Virus record (IMG/VR): IMGVR_UViG_3300029913_001576
Direction: 5' to 3' (one strand)
Length of the DNA stretch: 64,000 nucleotides
Origin: an uncultured virus (IMG/VR IMGVR_UViG_3300029913_001576)
Lineage: Duplodnaviria; Heunggongvirae; Uroviricota; Caudoviricetes
Shown here piece after piece: positions 40,291-50,135 of the stretch; positions within the stretch are counted from its first letter, which is position 1, and every line of letters begins with the position of its first letter. Under the pieces are notes generated by a model that did not search any database, had not been told where the DNA came from, and saw nothing but the letters and a program-made list of their open reading frames with translations. The position numbers and the translations under genes are program-made.

Positions 40291-41325
40291 GTGGACACTC
40301 ACATCACCAACCACCCGCAGAAGGTCTTCACGTACCTCGCCCCCGAGGGAGGGATCTACGATCCCGAGACGCGTGAAGGCCGAAAGAAGCACCTGTTGGC
40401 CTTGGCCTCGCGCCGGGCAAAGGTCCTTTGCTATGAGATGGACGGATTCATGTGCCAAGCGTTCCCGTCGTGGATGCTTGAGGCCGGGCCTGGATTGCTG
40501 GCGCACACGATCATCAGGAAGGACCTCGGGAAAAACCCGCTCCTTGCGGTGCAATTGCTGATGTCGGCCTACGAGGACTCCCAACCGCTTCTCGAACGCA
40601 TCGTCCTCGCTAGCGGAGAGGCGACAGTTCCGCTGTTGAGGGCCATCGACGATGGGAAGATTCAACCGCGGCAGCCGCGCGAACGCTACGAAGAGGCGCT
40701 GCTCCAAGAACCCTGGTGGGCGCTGCAATACCTCGCCTCTCCAGTCCCAGGACAAGACGTGGAAGCGAAGAGGAGGGCATTTGCGGGAAAGCTACGGGCG
40801 AGGCTGGCTTCTACCGCTTCGCTTTCAGGTCAGGCGGCCCTTGTACACCTGATGCTCAATGACTCGCTGGACCCGGGTGGGTATCGGGAGCAACTGATGT
40901 CGGACGGCATGAGCGCCTATCTCGCCAGTCGGCTCCTCTGTGCCCGAGGCTTTAGCGCCTCCGTCGATGATGTGCAGAAAGTCGATGCCCGGTGGGCGGT
41001 CCACATTGCGCTCTGGGGAGGGTTTGCCGGGGGGAATGTGAATACGCGCATCGAGGACGCCATTGCGTCGCATCCTGGGTGGGCGGGGGAATACGTGGCC
41101 CTTGAGGAGGTGAAGCAGAAGGATTGGGCCTGGGTATCAGGTATTTACGCGCGGACTGAGCAGCAGTTCAAGCCGGCGGCTAACGAAGGCCCTACAGCTT
41201 GGCATGAACTGCTTTGGGCGATGCTGGACCGGATCTGCGTTTTGATAGAGGGCGGCGACCCGAAGCTGACTTTGAACCAATCCTTCGAAAGGTCGAAATC
41301 TCCCCCTCCGCCCCCCCAAAATTAG
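40291..41325 (+). CDS. hypothetical helical protein
   Basis: 344 aa; follows the coupling protein. Confidence 0.7.
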   Translation: MDTHITNHPQKVFTYLAPEGGIYDPETREGRKKHLLALASRRAKVLCYEMDGFMCQAFPSWMLEAGPGLLAHTIIRKDLGKNPLLAVQLLMSAYEDSQPLLERIVLASGEATVPLLRAIDDGKIQPRQPRERYEEALLQEPWWALQYLASPVPGQDVEAKRRAFAGKLRARLASTASLSGQAALVHLMLNDSLDPGGYREQLMSDGMSAYLASRLLCARGFSASVDDVQKVDARWAVHIALWGGFAGGNVNTRIEDAIASHPGWAGEYVALEEVKQKDWAWVSGIYARTEQQFKPAANEGPTAWHELLWAMLDRICVLIEGGDPKLTLNQSFERSKSPPPPPQN

Positions 41326-41328
41326 TAT

Positions 41329-41976
41329 ATGAGCATTTTTTGCAGGATACTGCCGCTGGCCACCTTGGTCTTGACCGCCATTACGCTTCATGCCGACGAC
41401 GCGCTTACACCGCCGGCCGCGCAACCTTCAGACGACTCGCTTGGGGCAGACCAGCAGAGGGCTCTCAGCAGCGCGGACGGCGTAGGAGACGGAACGCTTG
41501 CCACAGTGATGAACGCATTCCTGCGGGCCTACGCGGGTGACAAAATGGAGTGGCGCGTTGCCAAGGACCTGAAGCTCGGAATCGCCGAGAACTCGACACT
41601 TCCGGACGGATGGCAAAAGGCGAAGCATCCAAAGTACGGATGGTTCGCGTTCAGGCCGAAGACCTACGACATGCTGTCGCTGGAGGAGAGGCGGGCGATC
41701 ATTCGCGACGTGCGCTTCCCTCAGTTCATTGCCCAAATGCGGGTCGTGGCGGATGGGAAGAACCCTCCTCTGAGCGATGCAATGAAGCTCGCGGCTAACG
41801 CTCCCGCCACGGCTCCGGACCCCACGAACCATCCGTTACCTAGGGCCGAGGTCATTGCGCGCCTGCTAGAGGGCCGGAAAGCGATGCCAGACACCTTCGT
41901 GTTCGATGTGTCGGCAAATGAGCTGCTGGCGCCGGGTCGCATGATTGTGACCATCCAGCCCGACTCCACGCCATGA
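41329..41976 (+). CDS. secreted hypothetical protein
   Basis: Signal peptide; ATG 6 nt after a CAAAAT variant motif. Confidence 0.7.
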   Translation: MSIFCRILPLATLVLTAITLHADDALTPPAAQPSDDSLGADQQRALSSADGVGDGTLATVMNAFLRAYAGDKMEWRVAKDLKLGIAENSTLPDGWQKAKHPKYGWFAFRPKTYDMLSLEERRAIIRDVRFPQFIAQMRVVADGKNPPLSDAMKLAANAPATAPDPTNHPLPRAEVIARLLEGRKAMPDTFVFDVSANELLAPGRMIVTIQPDSTP

Positions 41977-42533
41977 AGATCGTCGCCACAGCCATTTTGG
42001 CGGGCCTGTTCTCCGCGGCTGGCTTTGGTCAGCAATATCCCGCCCCGCTCACCCCTCTGCCAGCGGTTCCCCTTCCAGCGGGTATCGTGGTTGAATTCAG
42101 CGCAGACGGAGCGGACATCGTGGGAGACGTGGCAAAGTACATCGCCGCGGCCAAGCACGAGGTACTCGTCTCGGAATATCTCGTCACCGACATCCGGGTC
42201 CTTGAAGCACTAGCCGAAGCCTGTCAGCGAAATCGCTTTGTAGCAGTCGTGCTCGACAGGAGTCCAGCTGTTCGGAATTACGACACCCCTAGATACCTTC
42301 GCTCGCAGGGTATCCCCGTGGTCCTGGCCCCCCGGGGGGCAGACGGGCACGGATGGCACAATGAGCGCTTTCTGGTGATTGACCGAGAATTGGTGATTAC
42401 CACGACCTGCGACCTGACGCTGGCGGCCGCAAGGAATACGGAAAGCATGAGGGTTGATCGGGAGGTCGCGATCATGACGCGCTACTTTAACGCGTGGATC
42501 GCCGAAGCAGGACGCGGGACGCGCCTTCAGTGA
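41973..42533 (+). CDS. secreted PLD/Nuc-family nuclease-like protein with altered HKD motif
   Basis: FS...IAAAKHEVLVSEY..TD..VLEAL...VAVVLD; HNERFLVID; AAARNTES. Confidence 0.75.
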   Translation: MKIVATAILAGLFSAAGFGQQYPAPLTPLPAVPLPAGIVVEFSADGADIVGDVAKYIAAAKHEVLVSEYLVTDIRVLEALAEACQRNRFVAVVLDRSPAVRNYDTPRYLRSQGIPVVLAPRGADGHGWHNERFLVIDRELVITTTCDLTLAAARNTESMRVDREVAIMTRYFNAWIAEAGRGTRLQ

Positions 42534-42567
42534 CGATAAAGGGTTGGAAGCCTGAGATGGCGACTTT

Positions 42568-43092
42568 GTGAAGATCCGCTACGTCCTGACCCGCACCGAC
42601 TATATCCGGGGGACCTTACGCGCCGCGGTCTTCAACAAGCCCGTGATGATCTATCTGGGGGTCTTTTCGACTGTAATGGTCGGCTTATCCTTGAGAACAG
42701 AGTATCATCGCGGTGCAAGCGTCAGTTACCTCGTGTTTGCAGGGCTGTTCCAGATGGCCGCAATAGCCCTTCTGATGGCCTTTGGCATGGTCGTGATAGG
42801 ATGCCTCACACTTTGCCTGGGGAAGGGCACGGGGGTGGTCTGCGAGCACGAGATGGAGGCAGTGGATGCCGGCCTCGTCGAAAGGACCGAGTTTAACGAG
42901 ACCTGCCACAGGTGGAAGGGCGTCACCAGAGTCCGGACGACCCCAGGATACTATTTCGTCCGAGTAAACGAAACCGGCGGGTCGTACCACGTGATTCCTC
43001 GGTTGCGGAGGCCCTTGGAAGGTGACGTTGAAGCCTTCGTCGCCGAGATCCGCGTTCGGTGCTCGGCGACGAAGCCGACCGGTCCTACCTGA
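42568..43092 (+). CDS. YcxB-like membrane protein
   Basis: IRYVLTRTDY, two TM helices, C-terminal RWKGVTRV...HVIPR. Confidence 0.65.
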   Translation: MKIRYVLTRTDYIRGTLRAAVFNKPVMIYLGVFSTVMVGLSLRTEYHRGASVSYLVFAGLFQMAAIALLMAFGMVVIGCLTLCLGKGTGVVCEHEMEAVDAGLVERTEFNETCHRWKGVTRVRTTPGYYFVRVNETGGSYHVIPRLRRPLEGDVEAFVAEIRVRCSATKPTGPT

Positions 43093-43119
43093 CAGGAGCG
43101 GTCCAGCCCACTGGCGCGC

Positions 43120-43545
43120 TCAACCGATGTGAAGCAATTTGGGGAGCCCGACGACCACCCCTACGCCGTAGGCAGCGTCCGCCCAGAAGAAGGAACCGAT
43201 TGCCCCTGCATAGATCACGCCGACCAGAGGCGTTCCGACTACCTTGGCCAACGCCGGGGCGTCCTTGTGCCAGACAGCGTTCCAGATTGCCTTAGCGTCA
43301 CCTGTACTGGGGAAGGAGTGCATTGCGACGGAGATTGCGAGCCACATGAGCCCTACGTGCAACCCCTCGGCCAGTTGCGAACCCTTGAGGGGAAGCGCCG
43401 CAACTCCCAGGGCGAACCCCAACAGCGTGTTGATGAAAAGAGGGCCAATCCCGATCAGCACGTGGCGCCAGGTCGAGGAAGGCCGCTCGTGGACGATCAC
43501 ACATGGGAAGGTGATCCATGTGATGATGAAGCCGGGGATAAACAT
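43120..43545 (-). CDS. DUF3267-like membrane metalloprotease homologue lacking HExxH
   Basis: TFPCVIVHE, IGPLFINT and ISVAMHSFPSTGDA motifs. Confidence 0.6.
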   Translation of the reverse strand: MFIPGFIITWITFPCVIVHERPSSTWRHVLIGIGPLFINTLLGFALGVAALPLKGSQLAEGLHVGLMWLAISVAMHSFPSTGDAKAIWNAVWHKDAPALAKVVGTPLVGVIYAGAIGSFFWADAAYGVGVVVGLPKLLHIG

Positions 43546-43587
43546 GGGGATGTACCTGCGGTTAAAGGACCTTTGTTCGAGCTAGTA

Positions 43588-45207
43588 TCAATGGGAAGCT
43601 GGCGACGGGGCTGTTCCCACGGGCGCCGGCGGTTGAGATACGCCTGCCGGGGAGGCCCCCCGGGGGGTACCGTATTCGGCGGCCCTACGGGCAAAAACCT
43701 GGGCGGCCATCGCCTCCTGTGCCTGCTGTTGGTGGACCGCGATGGCCTTGGTGCCGTCGGCGAACTCAGTGGGATGGTTCTTCTGGATCGCCTTCAGTCG
43801 GGCGGAAAGCTCGTCAACCGGCGTCAGGCTCCCCTGCGAGCTAAGTGCCGCGAGGTAGGACTCGACGGCCTCGGAGTATTGGCCCGCGGCTTCCTGGTGG
43901 ATTCCGACTTGCAGGCTGTGGAACGCGGCGAGGTCTGCATTCGGCGATTGGCGCAGATACCCCTGTGTTGAACTCATGACCACGGAATCTTGCAGGGCGT
44001 CGATGACCCCCTGCCAGTCCTTGGCCTGGATCTTGGTCGCGATGACCCGCTTCAAATAGCTGGCCACCGTGTCCTTCGCGTCGGGGACAATCTCGCGGAA
44101 CTGGAAGTCCAGCGCCTGAATCGCGAGATCCGATTTCACCTTGGCTAGCGGCAGAGCGTAGTCCCCTAGGGGCTGGTAGGAGCGTGAGGCGTAAAGCTCG
44201 ATTGCGGGCTGCGGGTCCTGGTACATCAGCTTGGTCTTCGCATTGAGTACCTGCATGAGTTCGGAGGCTGCGACCTGGTCCTCGCTCGAAATCTGGCCTC
44301 CCTGCCGGGGTTGGTTAAACGCCTTCGAATACTTCTCGACGTTGCCGAGCGTAAGACCGGCCGGGTCCGGAAGGGGCTCAGGGACCTTTACAGGGACGAC
44401 AACCGGGACCTTCTCCTCGGCTCCGGGGATGCTGGCTCTGCGCGCTTCGACCTTGGCTCGGAAGTCGCCCGCAAACGAAGATGTCTCTCTCGTTAGCGCA
44501 TCTAGGGCGGTTTTCGCCTTTGGCGAGGCGCTGCTTTGGAGTGCCACCAGCTCTTGCCACGACCCTGCGTAACGCCGAAGGGCCTGGAGCGAATAGCCAA
44601 AGCTGTTGTCGTACTGGATGCACGCAGACTGAGCAGCGTCAATCTCGGAAAGGACGGGGTCGAAATCCGAAGCGGCCTTGGCGGCGTCAATGGCCTTGCC
44701 GAGATGCTTCACGAGCGTGTCCATGGTCGCCTTGTGGGAGGACTCCAATTGCGCAGCGACGGTGGATTGCAGATCCAGTAGCCGGCTCCTCGGAAGAACA
44801 GTGAACATCTGCTCCGACTCTTGTGAGAGCTGGGCCACGGCGGTGGACGCCTTCGCGAATTCGCCGCGCTCCTCTGCGAGTTGGTAGTCCTGCCAATGGG
44901 CAACAAAGCGGTGGACGGCCGCGAGCTTCACGGCGACCACATCACGCTGGCTGCCCATGGCGGGAACAAGATTGCTGATCTCTTGCAGGATCTCGTCGAA
45001 ATCCTTGGCGGGTGCCTTCGCGTTGATCTTGGCCAGGACCTCCTGAATCACCTTGTCGAGGTCCGCCTGGGTGAACGCCGGAGCCACCGGGATCGGCGTT
45101 GCCATGACAGGCGTGGAGGCGTCGCCGGCACGGGATGTGCCAAGGCCGATTGCTAGAGAAAGCGCAAGGCCCAGGGAGCCTGCGAGTTTGGATGCGGTGA
45201 TGTTCAT
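43588..45207 (-). CDS. secreted alpha-helical repeat protein
   Basis: Start MNITASKLAGSLGLALSL (signal peptide); internally repeated DFD.(I/V)L.EI ... W(Q/D) helices. Confidence 0.7.
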   Translation of the reverse strand: MNITASKLAGSLGLALSLAIGLGTSRAGDASTPVMATPIPVAPAFTQADLDKVIQEVLAKINAKAPAKDFDEILQEISNLVPAMGSQRDVVAVKLAAVHRFVAHWQDYQLAEERGEFAKASTAVAQLSQESEQMFTVLPRSRLLDLQSTVAAQLESSHKATMDTLVKHLGKAIDAAKAASDFDPVLSEIDAAQSACIQYDNSFGYSLQALRRYAGSWQELVALQSSASPKAKTALDALTRETSSFAGDFRAKVEARRASIPGAEEKVPVVVPVKVPEPLPDPAGLTLGNVEKYSKAFNQPRQGGQISSEDQVAASELMQVLNAKTKLMYQDPQPAIELYASRSYQPLGDYALPLAKVKSDLAIQALDFQFREIVPDAKDTVASYLKRVIATKIQAKDWQGVIDALQDSVVMSSTQGYLRQSPNADLAAFHSLQVGIHQEAAGQYSEAVESYLAALSSQGSLTPVDELSARLKAIQKNHPTEFADGTKAIAVHQQQAQEAMAAQVFARRAAEYGTPRGASPAGVSQPPAPVGTAPSPASH

Positions 45208-45218
45208 AGAGAGTGTCG

Positions 45219-45590
45219 CTAAGGGGTGAGGAACGGTTGCAGGTAGAAATGGACGATGCCGTCCTCGCCCGTGTATCCGGTGAAATGGTAGAGCCAGGGT
45301 CCCTTTCCCTTCTCCGCGGAAATCGCCCTCCCACCGGTCTGAATGGTCATCTCGACGGGCCAGTTCACCCATGGCCGTCCGTCCTTGTGCCTGACCCTCA
45401 TGTCCAGATCGTCGTCGGGTCCCGGAATTCCGACCTCGGACCCGTCTGGGTTCTTCTTCGTGTAAAGGGCGTCGATTACAACGTCGTCCGGCCGGGTCGG
45501 AGGATAGCGTTTCGCTTCTGGGTGGTTCGCGGGAGCGACGCACCCAGTCACCAGGGCCAACAAGGGGCATACGTGACGGAGAAGCTTCAC
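45219..45590 (-). CDS. lipoprotein
   Basis: LVTGC lipobox. Confidence 0.65.
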   Translation of the reverse strand: MKLLRHVCPLLALVTGCVAPANHPEAKRYPPTRPDDVVIDALYTKKNPDGSEVGIPGPDDDLDMRVRHKDGRPWVNWPVEMTIQTGGRAISAEKGKGPWLYHFTGYTGEDGIVHFYLQPFLTP

Positions 45591-45614
45591 GATAGGCCCC
45601 GTAAAGGCAGGCCG

Positions 45615-45986
45615 TTAGTCGGCTCCCGCGTCACTGCTCATCTCCGGGACTGGAGGGGTGCTCCGGGCTAGTGAGGCTAATGCGTGGTTCTTGGGGCTCA
45701 TCCACTCTCTCAGGATGCCCGCTAGGGCCGCTACGATGACCAAGGGGCCGAAGATGTAGCAGAGGCCGACCGAGATGAAGGTCATGAGGCCGCCGTAGAT
45801 GCCAAGGAAGAAGAAGCCTGTCTTCCTCCACCCAAGTGCCATGGCAAAAGTGCCTAGCACAACCGCCAGCATCCCCATGAGGATAAGGAGCGCGATCATG
45901 AAGCGGGCCTGCGCCTGCTTGATGAAGAGGTCCAGCATCTCGGGGGTTATGACCCCATTCGAAGGTGTGCCGGCCGGAGCGCTCAT
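45615..45986 (-). CDS. membrane protein
   Basis: Three TM helices; ATGA overlap with the upstream stop. Confidence 0.6.
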   Translation of the reverse strand: MSAPAGTPSNGVITPEMLDLFIKQAQARFMIALLILMGMLAVVLGTFAMALGWRKTGFFFLGIYGGLMTFISVGLCYIFGPLVIVAALAGILREWMSPKNHALASLARSTPPVPEMSSDAGAD

Positions 45987-46597
45987 GGCGTGGCTCCCTG
46001 CGGGTTGAGATCTGCCAAGGTGATCTTCCGGCAGATCAGGGTTTCGCGCTCTGAGATAAGCAGGCTCTCGCCGTGCTTCGAAACGGTCCAATCCGGTGAA
46101 GGGAAGACCTTTTGGGCCATTGCGACCAAGTCGTCGCAGCGGCTAAACTCGCCGTTCACGGGAGTTGTGCCGTCGCCGCTAAAGACAACGGACACCCGGT
46201 ATTCGTCTGCAAAACGCAGAGCCGCCTCGGCTGCTGTGCTGTGGGCAAACTTCATGAAGGCCGACGTGGGGCGATCCGGGAGGATGGCCTTTCCGGCAGC
46301 CACGTCCGGCAGCGGCGTGGTCACGAGGACCGGTGCCGCCGGCAGCGTTGTTGGCGGAGGTGGGATGGTGGCCGTAGGATGCTGGGAGCCCCCCGGGGGG
46401 GGCGTCGGGGGCTGCTGCGAGCCTGTCGAGGCGGAACCGCTGCCATGGGTGGTGCCTTGGGAAGTGTCGTTCAGGGCGGCCTGATAGTCCCCTAGAGCAT
46501 CGTTCGCTGGCGCCTTCGCGGCGGGTGTGGGCGTCGGGTCTGCTCCAAAGGCAACACCGGCGATGAGGACGGAAAGAGAGGTGGCAATCAGCTTCAT
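45983..46597 (-). CDS. secreted protein with possible STN/secretin-N0-like domain
   Basis: Signal peptide MKLIATSLSV, Pro-rich linker, AALRFADEYRVSVVF...VNGEF. Confidence 0.5.
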   Translation of the reverse strand: MKLIATSLSVLIAGVAFGADPTPTPAAKAPANDALGDYQAALNDTSQGTTHGSGSASTGSQQPPTPPPGGSQHPTATIPPPPTTLPAAPVLVTTPLPDVAAGKAILPDRPTSAFMKFAHSTAAEAALRFADEYRVSVVFSGDGTTPVNGEFSRCDDLVAMAQKVFPSPDWTVSKHGESLLISERETLICRKITLADLNPQGATP

Positions 46598-46604
46598 ACG
46601 ATAA

Positions 46605-48257
46605 TTATGGGGGTCCGGCAGGGGGTAATTCAGGGATGTAGACCATGTTTTTCTTAGCCTCGCTGACCTCGATGATACCCTGGGAGGCGAGTTCGAGGGC
46701 GTATGCCCCCATGAGCTGGCCACCTTCTGACATCCATTGCTTCCGAAAATCCTTTGAAGACCACCCGCGCTCGGCCGCGATGATGTCCCGGAGGGCCGCG
46801 GTAATGATGACCAGCTCGAACAGCGGCACCCGGCCCCTGAGCCCTGTCCCGCATTCCGGGCACCCGTAACGGCGGTGGACGTGAGAGGGGGGCTTCATCC
46901 GGAACCGTTCATAAAGGTGGCGCTCTTCGTCACTGATGGGGACCTTTACCCGGCACTTCTGGCAAAGGCGGGAGGCAAGGCGCTGCGCAAGGACCACTGA
47001 CAGCGCCGCGGCCAGAGTTACCCGGCTATGGGGCACGAGATCAATGTACCTGGTGATCGTCTCCGTGGCGTCGGGGGCATGGAGGGTGGAAAGCAGGGTG
47101 TGCCCGGTCAGAGCGGCTTCCAACGCCATGCCTGCGGTTTCCGGGTCGCGGATCTCACCCACTAGGATAACGTCGGGGTTCAGGCGCAAGAAGCTGCGCA
47201 GGACAGCGTGAAACGTGAGGTTAGTCTTGCCCCCCACAGGGACCTGGGTGATGCCGGGGAGGGTGTATTCCACGGGGTCCTCTACGGTACGGATGACCAG
47301 GTCGGCACGGTCCAAGGACAGCAGTGAGCAGTAGAGAGTGGTGGTCTTGCCTGAGCCGGTGGGGCCGGTGACAAGCACCATCCCGCCCTTGACCGCGAGC
47401 GCGGTCTTGAAAGGTGCGATGAGGTTCTCGGGCAGCGGGATCTTGGTGGCGGAGGCGATGAGCTTCTGGCTGTCCTGAAGTCTCATGCCCACCGTTTCCC
47501 CCGTATGGGTAGGCGAGAAGGCAATGCGGATGTCGAGGGTCGTGCCATTGGCGAGCTTGGCCTGGAACCGGTCGTCGTGGGGCTTGTACTTCTCGTTCGG
47601 ATTGATGCCTGCCAGCTTCTTCACGCTAGCCAAGAACCCGGCCCTGTGGGTCTTCCTGACCGGGGGAAACACCTCCGCGATGCCCGACAGACGGAAGCGG
47701 ACCTCGATCCTCCACCCGTCATCGTCCAGGAAGATGTCGCTTGCCCCCAGTCCATGGGCGATCTCCAGCATCTTAAGGACGGCATGGCGATAGGTGTCGT
47801 TCGCCTTGAGGTCAGGAACGATCTCCCACGCCTGGGGGACGACCACCGGGGGCGGTAAAACCGCTGCCTGAACGGGCTCCCCGAGGGCTTGCAGCGTCCG
47901 GTCAAGATCCTCGTCCGAACAGGCGCACCAATATATTTCACCTCGCAGCAGCTTGGCGACCTCCCGCCTTAGCGGGGGTTCGTAGAGGCGGGGAGAAACC
48001 ACCGCAGCCACGTCAAACGACAGGAAGAGTGGGAGCCACCCGTGGCCGCCACAGTGCCTCCAGTGAGCGTCATAGGCTGCCTTATCTACCGCCAATTCAT
48101 GGAGCGGAACAAAGGGCCTTCCCGTGGCCTGGGACCATGCGAAGGCTACGTCGGTGACGGTCCAATCTGACTGGGGCTTCGAGGACTTGAGGTGGGGCGG
48201 CAGCTTGTCGATAGACTCAAGTTCATGAGGCGGGAGGTTCTGAAGTAGAGGGGACAT
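46605..48257 (-). CDS. GspE/PilB family secretion ATPase
   Basis: GASDIF, VTGPTGSGKTTTLY, TVEDPVEY, LRLNPDVILVGEIRD, TGHTLLSTLH, CQKC...CPEC zinc motif. Confidence 0.92.
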   Translation of the reverse strand: MSPLLQNLPPHELESIDKLPPHLKSSKPQSDWTVTDVAFAWSQATGRPFVPLHELAVDKAAYDAHWRHCGGHGWLPLFLSFDVAAVVSPRLYEPPLRREVAKLLRGEIYWCACSDEDLDRTLQALGEPVQAAVLPPPVVVPQAWEIVPDLKANDTYRHAVLKMLEIAHGLGASDIFLDDDGWRIEVRFRLSGIAEVFPPVRKTHRAGFLASVKKLAGINPNEKYKPHDDRFQAKLANGTTLDIRIAFSPTHTGETVGMRLQDSQKLIASATKIPLPENLIAPFKTALAVKGGMVLVTGPTGSGKTTTLYCSLLSLDRADLVIRTVEDPVEYTLPGITQVPVGGKTNLTFHAVLRSFLRLNPDVILVGEIRDPETAGMALEAALTGHTLLSTLHAPDATETITRYIDLVPHSRVTLAAALSVVLAQRLASRLCQKCRVKVPISDEERHLYERFRMKPPSHVHRRYGCPECGTGLRGRVPLFELVIITAALRDIIAAERGWSSKDFRKQWMSEGGQLMGAYALELASQGIIEVSEAKKNMVYIPELPPAGPP

Positions 48258-48261
48258 CGAG

Positions 48262-49827
48262 CTATATCCCAATTATGGGGAGACGATCCTCGGTTAACGG
48301 AACCGGCATCTTAAGTGCCCTGAACCGAGGAGCGTGGACCTTGGCAAAGATGCTCGGGACTGCGGTCGGGTCGGCCGGCTTGTGGGTCTCCGCCTCGCGT
48401 TCGGCTGCCACTACCATGCCCCGTTCGGCGAGGTTTTCGACCCACGCACCGGACGGTAGTTCGCGGGTGGATTGGGTGTCGTCCATGCCCGTCAGTGCTC
48501 CAAGGAAGGAAGGCCGGGTGCCAAATGTTGCGGCCGCCGAGACATGGAATTGGGCTACGGCAAACCCCGTATTGGCCATCAGGGCGTCCAGCTTGGCACG
48601 GCTCAAATCGAGTGATCCGCGGTAGGCTTTCATGGTGTCGCCGACCTGTGCCCTCTGGCGGGAATTCCACTTGCGCCGAGCCTCCTGAGCCGCCCAAACG
48701 TCCAGCGGGGGAGCCCTCATTTCGCGGCCAGCAAGGGCCACATAGGCAGTCTTTCCGGAAGGCTGCGGGGTCGCATGTTCAGAGAAGACAGGGGAATAAT
48801 CCCCCGCCTCGGCGGGCGCCCGGGTGGCATTAAAGGCATCCATCGCAGCTTGGGAATGCGCGGTAGAGGCAGCTGTCCACCCGTCGTGGATCTCGGTCCA
48901 GCGAGCGCGAATCCGCTCAGGAGACGGGGTGCCACGGGGGGGCGTCAGACACTCCGATTCGATCTGCTGACGGGACTCATCAATGGTCTTTGCAAGGGTC
49001 ATTTTACCCCTCGCCGAGGCCACCAACGCCGCCGCAGCCGAGGCCGCATCCAGCGATCCAGGGCCTACAGCAAGCATCGAATGGCGGCAAAGAAGGAGCC
49101 AATATGCGAGCTTCGCAGCTATCGAATCCGGAGGGTTGATGTCGCGGCTTAGGCTAACGAAAAGCTGCCGCGCCCGTAGGTTGAAGGTGTTCCGAAGAAA
49201 CTCAAAGCGGTCCTCCTGCTCCTCTTTCTTGTCGAAGTCATTTCCTGAGAACCGGATTAGTTTTCCTGACTCGGTGGTGGGGTGTACGAGCGCATGGCAA
49301 TGCGGATTCTCGGTGTCGTGGTGGCACCCGACAACGTACCCAATGCTCTGGCCTGGGTAGAACCGGGAGGCGTACTGCGTGAGGGTATCGTGGAGGGTCG
49401 CCAGCAACATTGCGTCGATGGGATACCCCAGTCGATTCATCTCTTTTGCGATGCGTGGGTCGAAGGAGGCCGTGACGTGATGCCCCTTGATTGCCGCGTC
49501 TGCTCGGTCGGTTTTCCACCACTCAAGAAGGTGATTTATGGTGGATGTAGGCTGAGCTTTCGTGACATCAACACCGTGCCTGCTAAGCTCTGTGGCAAGG
49601 TGTCCGAAGGTCCAAATTCCTGAGGCAAAGGGGGTGTATTCGGCCTGTTTCTTGTCGGTTGCTTGGGCTCCAGAAGGGGCTCCAAGCGATGAGATAGCCG
49701 TGATCTTTGTGGTCTCGTCGATATAGGATCGGAGCAATTCACTGAGGCGTTTGTTGGTCTTAACCTCATTCAATTTAGCCCACACCCCGGCAGTGTTTGG
49801 AACGCGAGAAAATGCCTCGTAATTCAT
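48262..49827 (-). CDS. relaxase, MOB-P/VirD2-like HUH endonuclease
   Basis: Motif I ..SYI.., motif II HHVTASF, motif III HHDTENPHCHALV; start MNYEAF inferred from ATGA overlap. Confidence 0.75.
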   Translation of the reverse strand: MNYEAFSRVPNTAGVWAKLNEVKTNKRLSELLRSYIDETTKITAISSLGAPSGAQATDKKQAEYTPFASGIWTFGHLATELSRHGVDVTKAQPTSTINHLLEWWKTDRADAAIKGHHVTASFDPRIAKEMNRLGYPIDAMLLATLHDTLTQYASRFYPGQSIGYVVGCHHDTENPHCHALVHPTTESGKLIRFSGNDFDKKEEQEDRFEFLRNTFNLRARQLFVSLSRDINPPDSIAAKLAYWLLLCRHSMLAVGPGSLDAASAAAALVASARGKMTLAKTIDESRQQIESECLTPPRGTPSPERIRARWTEIHDGWTAASTAHSQAAMDAFNATRAPAEAGDYSPVFSEHATPQPSGKTAYVALAGREMRAPPLDVWAAQEARRKWNSRQRAQVGDTMKAYRGSLDLSRAKLDALMANTGFAVAQFHVSAAATFGTRPSFLGALTGMDDTQSTRELPSGAWVENLAERGMVVAAEREAETHKPADPTAVPSIFAKVHAPRFRALKMPVPLTEDRLPIIGI

Positions 49828-50135
49828 CGTGAAGCCTCCGAAAAGACCTTGTTTCGCATGGACCTTTGGAGGCCAACGGCGTCCAACAAAGCCTTCTCCG
49901 CCAGGGGCAGAAGTTCGTCGAGCCGGGCCTCCATTTTGCGCCTTAGGTCGCGGCAAAAGTCGAGGTCATCCATAAGGGTCGCCTCGTCGTTTAGGGACCC
50001 GTCCTCAAGCATTCGGCACCCAAATTGAACGATCAAAGCGGCGGCCTGCTCAGGGGTAAGGCCCTTCTTTTGGGAGATCAAAACGAGCGACTCCATGGCC
50101 TTATCAGATAGGTTAATTGGAAGCGGAGTGCTCAT
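49824..50135 (-). CDS. relaxosome accessory protein candidate (RHH/MobC-like)
   Basis: INLSDKAMESL...KKGLT N-terminus; coupled to the relaxase. Confidence 0.5.
   Translation of the reverse strand: MSTPLPINLSDKAMESLVLISQKKGLTPEQAAALIVQFGCRMLEDGSLNDEATLMDDLDFCRDLRRKMEARLDELLPLAEKALLDAVGLQRSMRNKVFSEASR

Noticed and set aside
46389..46400. This C6G6 copy as a certain functional site
   Set aside because: Lies in a poly-Pro-Gly-Gly coding stretch and has atypical flanks; may be coincidental
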